This document shows, one piece after another, positions 57,647 through 64,000 of a DNA stretch of 64,000 nt. A program made the position numbers and the translations under genes. Source of the DNA: Pseudomonadota bacterium (GTDB taxonomy: Bacteria; Pseudomonadota; Gammaproteobacteria; Steroidobacterales; MnTg04); contig JADFSO010000008.1 of the NCBI GenBank assembly GCA_022560735.1, forward strand, positions 10,691 through 74,690. Direction: 5' to 3'. A model generated the notes under the pieces. The model did not search any database and was not told the DNA's origin. It saw nothing but the letters and a program-made list of their open reading frames with translations. The first letter of the stretch is position 1. Each line of letters starts with the position of its first letter.

Positions 57647-60600
57647 TCACGCTCCTGGCGCCAGCAAAGACAGCAGGGATTCAAGCTCCGTAAAGCGGCT
57701 TTCCTCATCGGGCATATCGACGGTAAAGCGCAGACGGTCCTGGCCATCGAGGCGATAGCGGGATGGTTGTTGCCGAATCAACTGGATCAAAGTCAGCGGC
57801 TCAACCGGCGTCTGGCTGGAAAACCAGACGCTGCCGGTTTTCGTGGTCGCTTCGAGTCTGCGAATTCCCAATGCCAGCGCGCGCAATTTGATTCTGGCCA
57901 GCCGGAACAGCGCTTTGCATTGTGCCGGCAGCAGGCCGAAGCGATCGATCATTTCGACCTGGAGTTCGCGTAGTGCATCCTCACTATCCGCGTTGGCGAT
58001 GCGCTTGTACAGGATCAGCCGCAGATGGACATCGGGCAGGTAATCTTCGGGGATCAGCGCGGCCACGCGCAGTTCCGCCTCGACGCCCGGTTTGGCATCC
58101 CCGTCAGTGGAAAGCGCCTGTCCGGAGCGCATCGCATGGACCGCTTTTTGCAACATGTCCATGTACAGCGAAAAGCCCAGTTCGTGGATTTGCCCGCTTT
58201 GTTCCTCGCCAAGCAATTCACCTGCGCCACGAATTTCCAGGTCGTGGGTGGCCAGCGTAAAACCGGCGCCCAGTTCTTCCAGCGCCTCGATGGCTTCCAG
58301 CCTCCTGGCGGCATCGCCGCTAAGCGTCGAACGCGGCGGGGAGATCAGGTAAGCATAGGCACGATGATGGGAACGGCCCACGCGGCCGCGCAACTGGTGT
58401 AACTGGGCCAGGCCAAGTTTATCCGCGCGATTGATGACGATCGTGTTGGCGGCCGGCAGATCGAGGCCGCTTTCGATGATGGTGGTGCACAGCAACAGGT
58501 TGAAACGCTGGTGATAGAAATCGAGCATGACCTGTTCCAGTTCTGTTTCACGCATCTGGCCGTGACCGATTCGAATGTCGAGATCGGGCAGCAGGCGGGC
58601 CAGCCTTGCCGCCATATTTTCAATCGTCCTGACTTCGTTATGCACAAAAAAGATCTGCCCGCCACGGCGCACCTCGCGCATACACGCTTCCTTGATCAGC
58701 GCATCATCCCATTGACTGACAAAAGTCTTGATCGCGTGCCGCTCGGCGGGCGGGGTCGCGATCAGCGACATTTCCCGCAGCCCGCCTAAGGCCATGTTCA
58801 GCGTGCGCGGGATCGGCGTGGCGGTCAGCGTCAGCACATCGACTTCGGCGCGCAGGGACTTGAGCCGTTCCTTGTGGCGCACGCCAAAACGTTGTTCTTC
58901 ATCGATAATGACCAGGCCCAGGTTGGCAAAAGCGATCTCAGGCTGGAGCAGGCGATGCGTGCCAATGACGATATCGACTATGCCGCTTTTGAGTTGCGCG
59001 ATGATTTCCCTGGCCTGCTTGCCTTTCCTGAACCGTGACAGCATTTCGACCTTGACCGGCCAGTCGGCGAAGCGATCGCAGAAAGTCTGGTGGTGCTGTT
59101 GTGCAAGCAAGGTCGTCGGGACCAGCAAGGCGACCTGGCGGCCGGCGCTGACCGCGGCAAAAGAAGCGCGCAACGCGACCTCGGTCTTGCCAAAACCGAC
59201 ATCGCCGCAGACCACCCTGTCCATCGGTTTGCCATCGCGCAGGTCGCGTAGCACATCGACGATCGCCTGCTCCTGATCGGCGGTTTCCTCAAACGGGAAG
59301 TCCGCGGAGAATGCGCGATAGTCACGCTCATCGTATGCGCATCGATGACCGGTTCGGGATTCCCGGGTGGCGTAAAGTTCGAGCAGTTCGGCGGCGACAT
59401 CGCGGATGCGCTCACGCGCCTTCTGGCGGATTTTTTGCCATTGGTTGCCGCCGAGGCGGTGTAGCGGGGCGGAATCCGGTGAACCGCCGGTATACCGGCT
59501 GATCAGCTGCAAGGCATGTACCGGGACGTAGAGTTTGTCGCCGCCGGCATATTCGAGAACCAGCATTTCCAGCGGCGTCTGGTCGATGGTTTTTGTCACC
59601 AGCCCGAGATAGCGCCCGACCCCGTAATCTTCATGCACCACCGGGGATCCTGCACGCAGATCGGTCAGTTCGCGAATGATCTGTTCCGGTTCGCGCGCGG
59701 CCCGCCGCCGGCGGCGGCTTTGTCTGACCCGTTCGCCGAACAGCTGGTCCTCGGCAATCAAGGCCAGTGCCGGGTGTGCGAGTTGCAGGCCCTGCTGGAC
59801 CGGCGCCACCGTGACCGCCAGTTTCTGGCTGGAATCGATGAATGCCTGCCAGCTCTCGCAGGCCGGCAGGCTGATGCCGTGACCGGCGAGGATTTCGATC
59901 AAGGTTTCTCGCCTGCCCGCCGATTCGGCCGCGAACAGGATGCGTCCGGCGAAAGATTCGACGTAACGCCGCAATGCCGCGGCCGGCTCCGCGGCCTTGG
60001 GGTCGAGGTTCAAAGACGGGGGTTTGTCGCTCGCAAAATGGCAACAGCCCGGGTCTGTCCCCGGCCATTCGAATGGCTGCCAGGCGATCCGCGGCAGCGC
60101 CTGAAAAAGTTCCTGGAGTTCGCCTGGCGGGTAGCAGATTTCATCGGGGCTGAGGACCGGGCGCGCGGTATCGTGACGCCGTTGTTCGTATCTTTCGCTG
60201 ATTTCGCTCCACGCCGTATCCAGCGCGGCATCGAGATCCGCAGGAATGATCGCCAGGGACCCGGCCGGCAGGTAATGCAGCAGCGAACTCATTCGTTCGT
60301 GGAACAGCGGCAGGTAGTACTCGGTGCCGCCTGGCGCATTGCCCTTCGAAACCTCCTGGTATACCTGGCTGGCGCTGGGGTCGCCTTCGAACCGCTGGCG
60401 AAAACGCCGGCGAAAAAACCGTATGCCGTCTTCGTCCAGCGGGTATTCGTGCGCCGGCAGCAGCCGCACCCGGTCCACGCTTGCCGCCGATCGCTGCGTC
60501 TCTGCATCGAAGCGGCGCAAGGTATCGATCTCGTCATCGAGCAGGTCTATTCGTATTGGAGAATGACCGCCCATCGGAAACAGGTCGACCAGCGAGCCGC

Positions 60601-61117
60601 GAATCGCGAACTCGCCGTGCTCGAATACCTGCGTCACGCGCCGGTAGCCGGCGGCAACCAGGTCTGCCTGCAAGCCGGCGAGTTCCAGTCGCTGTCCCTT
60701 TTCCAGCAGCAAGGATCTGCCGCGCACCCACTCGGGTGTCGGCAGGCGCTGCATCAGCGTGGCGATGGGCACGACGATCACCCCGCGCTCCAGGCGAGGA
60801 ATTTGCAGCAGGGTCGCGAGGCGTTCCGAAACGATATCCTGGTGCGGCGAAAACACATCGTATGGCAGGGTTTCCCAATCGGGAAACTGGCTTACCGGCA
60901 GGTCCGCCGGGGCAAAAAACCGGAGCTCGTCACACAGCCTTGCCGCTTCGGCCGCGCCATTGCAAACCACGATGACCGGTTTGGGGTGGCGGTTGGCAGC
61001 GGCGCTGATTGCCAGCGCCGGCGCCGCTCCATACAGGCGGCCCCAGCGAACCAGCGCAGCAGGCAATTCCGGCAATGGCGGGGAGAAAATATCGCTGTAT
61101 GTCTTTCCATCGCTCAC
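57647..61117 (-). CDS. mfd: Transcription-repair coupling factor
   Basis: FPDWETLPYD, VHEDYGVGRY, MDRVVCGDVGFGKTEV, IIDEEQRFGV, LTATPIPRTL, QLRGRVGRS. GTG start gives 1156 aa. Confidence 0.97.
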   Translation of the reverse strand: MSDGKTYSDIFSPPLPELPAALVRWGRLYGAAPALAISAAANRHPKPVIVVCNGAAEAARLCDELRFFAPADLPVSQFPDWETLPYDVFSPHQDIVSERLATLLQIPRLERGVIVVPIATLMQRLPTPEWVRGRSLLLEKGQRLELAGLQADLVAAGYRRVTQVFEHGEFAIRGSLVDLFPMGGHSPIRIDLLDDEIDTLRRFDAETQRSAASVDRVRLLPAHEYPLDEDGIRFFRRRFRQRFEGDPSASQVYQEVSKGNAPGGTEYYLPLFHERMSSLLHYLPAGSLAIIPADLDAALDTAWSEISERYEQRRHDTARPVLSPDEICYPPGELQELFQALPRIAWQPFEWPGTDPGCCHFASDKPPSLNLDPKAAEPAAALRRYVESFAGRILFAAESAGRRETLIEILAGHGISLPACESWQAFIDSSQKLAVTVAPVQQGLQLAHPALALIAEDQLFGERVRQSRRRRRAAREPEQIIRELTDLRAGSPVVHEDYGVGRYLGLVTKTIDQTPLEMLVLEYAGGDKLYVPVHALQLISRYTGGSPDSAPLHRLGGNQWQKIRQKARERIRDVAAELLELYATRESRTGHRCAYDERDYRAFSADFPFEETADQEQAIVDVLRDLRDGKPMDRVVCGDVGFGKTEVALRASFAAVSAGRQVALLVPTTLLAQQHHQTFCDRFADWPVKVEMLSRFRKGKQAREIIAQLKSGIVDIVIGTHRLLQPEIAFANLGLVIIDEEQRFGVRHKERLKSLRAEVDVLTLTATPIPRTLNMALGGLREMSLIATPPAERHAIKTFVSQWDDALIKEACMREVRRGGQIFFVHNEVRTIENMAARLARLLPDLDIRIGHGQMRETELEQVMLDFYHQRFNLLLCTTIIESGLDLPAANTIVINRADKLGLAQLHQLRGRVGRSHHRAYAYLISPPRSTLSGDAARRLEAIEALEELGAGFTLATHDLEIRGAGELLGEEQSGQIHELGFSLYMDMLQKAVHAMRSGQALSTDGDAKPGVEAELRVAALIPEDYLPDVHLRLILYKRIANADSEDALRELQVEMIDRFGLLPAQCKALFRLARIKLRALALGIRRLEATTKTGSVWFSSQTPVEPLTLIQLIRQQPSRYRLDGQDRLRFTVDMPDEESRFTELESLLSLLAPGA

Positions 61118-61212
61118 GGCAATGCGATCCAATCCGATGCTGGGGGTGGCGATTATTGCACAGGCCGGGCAGGCCCGGGTGCGAGGGGTTGGCGGGTGTC
61201 TGCTTGCTTTCT

Positions 61213-62109
61213 CTACTTGTTTTCCCGGCGACGCTTCACAAGACCTCCGTACAGATCGCGTCGCCGGTCGCGGAAAAAGGGCCAGACGCGGTCGAGTTCT
61301 TGGTTGCGGCCGAGATCCACATCGGCGAGCAGCACCTGGTCGGCGCTGGCTGCGCGGGCGAGCATCTCGCCCTGCGGGCCGCAGGCAAAACTGGAGCCCC
61401 AGAATTCGATGTTTGCACCGGAATCGTCGGCTGCCCATTCCGTACCAGTCCGGTTGCAGCAAAGGAGCGGCAACTGGTTGGCTATCGCGTGACCACGCTG
61501 AACCGTGACCCATGCCTCCAGCTGACGTTCTTTTTCAGCCGTTTTGTCGCTGGCATCCCAGCCTATCGCGGATGGATAGAGCAACAGCTGCGCCCCGTCC
61601 AGCGCCATGAGCCTGGCCGCTTCCGGGTACCACTGGTCCCAGCATACGAGGACGCCAAGACGACCCACTGGCGTGTCGATCGCGTGGATACCGAGATCGC
61701 CCGGCGTGAAATAGAATTTCTCGGAATAACCAGGATCGTCCGGGATGTGGGTTTTGCGGTAACTTCCAGCCAATCTCCCGGCGGGGTTCAGAACCACGGC
61801 GGTGTTGTGAAAAAGACCGGCCGTGCCCTTTTCGAAGACCGAGCCGACGATGACGATGCCCAGTTCCCTGGCCAGTTCCCCCAACAGGTCGCTGGTCGGG
61901 CCCGGCACGGTTTCAGCCAGGTCAAAGGCCCGGGTATCCTCGGTCTGGCAAAAATAGACCGAGCTGTGCAGTTCCTGCAACAACACCAGTGCGGCGCCAT
62001 CTGCCGCCGCCTGCCGGATACCTTCCTGGCTGCGCTCGAGGTTCTCTTTGCGGCTGGCGGTGCAGGCATGCTGGACCAGGCCGACCGTCAAATGTTTGCC
62101 GTTGTTCAT
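61213..62109 (-). CDS. aguB: Carbon-nitrogen hydrolase, N-carbamoylputrescine amidase-like
   Basis: E-K-C triad: LLQELH, YRKTHIPDDPGYSEKFYF, VCWDQWYPEAAR; overlaps the aguA stop by 4 bp. Confidence 0.85.
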   Translation of the reverse strand: MNNGKHLTVGLVQHACTASRKENLERSQEGIRQAAADGAALVLLQELHSSVYFCQTEDTRAFDLAETVPGPTSDLLGELARELGIVIVGSVFEKGTAGLFHNTAVVLNPAGRLAGSYRKTHIPDDPGYSEKFYFTPGDLGIHAIDTPVGRLGVLVCWDQWYPEAARLMALDGAQLLLYPSAIGWDASDKTAEKERQLEAWVTVQRGHAIANQLPLLCCNRTGTEWAADDSGANIEFWGSSFACGPQGEMLARAASADQVLLADVDLGRNQELDRVWPFFRDRRRDLYGGLVKRRRENK

Positions 62110-63179
62110 TGCGGGTTCTCCGGCCGGTCCAGTAATCCGGCGGGCAATTGCATGGCCGCACAGTGCAATCCGCCACCCTGGTTAATCAGCGGCAGACTAT
62201 CGATGCTGACCGCCTGCCGGTCCGGAAAACAGCGAGCGATCAGCTCGCGCGCTTCGTCGTCGGCCGAAGACCCGAACGCGGGGACCAGGACCTGCCGATC
62301 GGTCAGCAGAAAATTTGCATAACTGGCGGGCAGGCGCTCGCCTTGCGCCCCGGTTATCTTGCCTGGAAAGGGCAGCGGGTGAACAGCAAAGGCTTGTCCG
62401 TTTTTACGGCGCAGTGTTCGCAACTCGGTCGCCAGGGCTTGCAGGCTTCGATAATGCGGATCATCCGGTTGCTCGCAGGATTGGTACAGCAAGGTCTGCG
62501 GATTGGCGAACCGGACCAGCATATCCACGTGGCCAGCAGTATCGTCGCCCCGTATTTCTCCATTTTCCAAAATAATAAAATGTTTAATATCAAAAAGTTG
62601 AGAGATAAAGTCAATGTATTTAGTTAATATCAGGGGAGCCGGGCAACAACGCTTCAGCCAGCGCCGCGTGGTGATCAGCGTGCCGGCGCCATCCGACTCG
62701 ATGGCGCCGCCTTCGAGTACCTGGTCGAAGCTCAGCATTTCCGCCTGGCCAAAGCCACCGGCACCATGCACCGTCTGGTTAATCGCGTTGTCCCGGTTTG
62801 CCGGGAATTTTCCCCCCCAGCCATCGAAACGAAAATTCAACAACAGCGGCCGGCCTTCGTCGATCAGGGTCAGCGGGCCGTGATCCCTGGCCCAGATGTC
62901 ATCCGCGGGCGCCTCGATGAAGTCGAGATTGCCCGGAGAACCGCCGGCTTCCTCGATCAAGGTGTGCAGCCGGGTTGCCATGGGGCGGTCTTCGATGATC
63001 AGCAACACGCGTTGTTGCCGGCTGGCGAGCGCCGCAATGCTCAGTAAAGAGATTTCGGCCGCCAGCAACGGGTCGTCGCCGGCACGGGCAAAATCCCCGT
63101 CCTGACGTGGCCAGGTCAGCATGATGGCGGATTGCGGCTCCCATTCCGCCGGCAGACGGCCGGAGCGGGTCACCTGCAA
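62106..63179 (-). CDS. aguA: Agmatine deiminase / peptidylarginine deiminase family
   Basis: RLPAEWEPQ, WARDHGP, EGGAIESDGAGT, GHVD, ASYANF, QGGGLHC. Start TTG 63179 or GTG 63173. Confidence 0.85.
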   Translation of the reverse strand: MQVTRSGRLPAEWEPQSAIMLTWPRQDGDFARAGDDPLLAAEISLLSIAALASRQQRVLLIIEDRPMATRLHTLIEEAGGSPGNLDFIEAPADDIWARDHGPLTLIDEGRPLLLNFRFDGWGGKFPANRDNAINQTVHGAGGFGQAEMLSFDQVLEGGAIESDGAGTLITTRRWLKRCCPAPLILTKYIDFISQLFDIKHFIILENGEIRGDDTAGHVDMLVRFANPQTLLYQSCEQPDDPHYRSLQALATELRTLRRKNGQAFAVHPLPFPGKITGAQGERLPASYANFLLTDRQVLVPAFGSSADDEARELIARCFPDRQAVSIDSLPLINQGGGLHCAAMQLPAGLLDRPENPQ

Positions 63180-63233
63180 CCCGCCGCGCGCGGTGGGGCC
63201 GTCTTCAGACCACAGTGGCGGTTATTCCGCGGC

Positions 63234-63515
63234 TCAGCCGGATTTCTTCTTCGAGACCGTATGGATGACGTAGCGGTACTCAAAATAAACCACAAAGTCC
63301 GGGTACTCCCAGCGGGTGATTGGCGGGTCGCCGACCGAGGCGTAGCGCTGGCTCGGTTCGCCATAGCGGTTTTCCACCTGGTCCATGCTCATGCCGCGGC
63401 CGGGACCGGTTGCAGACTGGGCGATAGTTTGTGCGGAAACCGCGCTGGTCATAATGAACGGACCGGCCATGCCAAGTCCAAGTATAGCGGTGAGCACAAT
63501 CGTCCATTTGTTCAT
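63234..63515 (-). CDS. Small secreted protein with SmpA/OmlA (BamE)-like motif
   Basis: Signal peptide, then PGRGMSMDQVENRYGEP...PPITRWEYPDFVVYFE; GGAG RBS upstream of ATG 63515. Confidence 0.7.
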   Translation of the reverse strand: MNKWTIVLTAILGLGMAGPFIMTSAVSAQTIAQSATGPGRGMSMDQVENRYGEPSQRYASVGDPPITRWEYPDFVVYFEYRYVIHTVSKKKSG

Positions 63516-63743
63516 GGCGTCTCTCCTTGAGTCCCTGTTGGCGAATATAACACTGTGGCCAGAGAAAAAAAATGCGTTGAATATCATCACTTTCCACCAG
63601 TTTTGCGGGGTTTGCCCGGTACCGGGCGGCAATCGCCGGGTGGCGGTTCGGAAATTTTGCCGATGTGGAGATGGAGGGTCCGCGCCGGGATATCGATGGG
63701 CCGCGTTATTCAGAACTGCGCCATTGTGATTTAATCGCGGCCC

Positions 63744-64000
63744 ATGTTCCAGGCTTTGGAAATTTTCATCGGTCTGCGTTATTTGCGACCCAGGCAACAA
63801 AACCGCTTCGTTTCGTTTATCACGCTGGCATCGATGATCGGCGTAGCGCTCGGTGTCGCCGCGCTGATCGTCGTGCTGTCGGTCATGAACGGATTCGAAA
63901 ACGAGCTGCGCGGCCGCCTGTTATCGATGACTTCTCATGCGACGGTGGCGGCTGCGCGCGGCGGGATCAGCGAGTGGCGGGAACTGATCGCCAGCGCGCA
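63744..64000 (+). CDS. lolC: Lipoprotein-releasing ABC transporter permease LolC/E, 3'-truncated
   Basis: MFQALEIFIGLRYLR...RFVSFITLASMIGVALGVAALIVVLSVMNGFE, read by hand; not in the ORF track. Confidence 0.92.
   Translation, partial: MFQALEIFIGLRYLRPRQQNRFVSFITLASMIGVALGVAALIVVLSVMNGFENELRGRLLSMTSHATVAAARGGISEWRELIASA

Noticed and set aside
62600-62630. AATGTATTTAGTTAAT as a dif/Xer site, or the AT patch as a sigma70 promoter
   Set aside because: It has only partial similarity to the XerD arm with no XerC arm, and the candidate -35 boxes (TTGACT, TTGAGA) lack a properly spaced -10.

Overview
Core-genome window of a GC-rich (roughly 60-65% GC by eye) gammaproteobacterium, with gene order most like Xanthomonadales/Pseudomonas-type genomes. 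It runs from a 5'-truncated rpsB through tsf-pyrH-frr-uppS-cdsA-dxr-rseP-bamA-skp-lpxD-fabZ-lpxA-lpxB-rnhB-dnaE-accA-tilS-pyrG-kdsA-eno-ftsB-ispD-ispF. Next come an enoyl-CoA isomerase, smr, surE-pcm-yqaA-nlpD-rpoS, recJ-prfB (programmed +1 frameshift)-lysS, ygfZ and a complete sdh locus with assembly factors. These are followed by rpoE-rseABC, lepA-lepB-rnc-era-recO-pdxJ-acpS, rlmD-nagZ-MTA/MTI phosphorylase, a degenerate PAS-GGDEF gene, csiV, mfd, an agmatine deiminase/C-N hydrolase pair and the 5' end of lolC. I found no transposase, integrase, phage gene, CRISPR array, rRNA or tRNA. The main unexplained structure is a non-coding ~165-166 bp repeat unit, present as tandem pairs at two distant convergent intergenic sites (27070-27347 and 36603-36915). 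Each unit folds into a long hairpin supported by compensatory base changes between copies, with an almost invariant 30-nt apex; I could not assign it to a known family. Secondary signals: a ~230-aa repeat-containing, histone-like extension on ribosomal protein S2; short, strongly AT-rich in-frame patches inside conserved genes (aguA, ispF, lysS); a probable c-di-GMP receptor; and a terminator-like hairpin just before pyrG. Start codons were adjusted by eye from the ORF track and several are uncertain.
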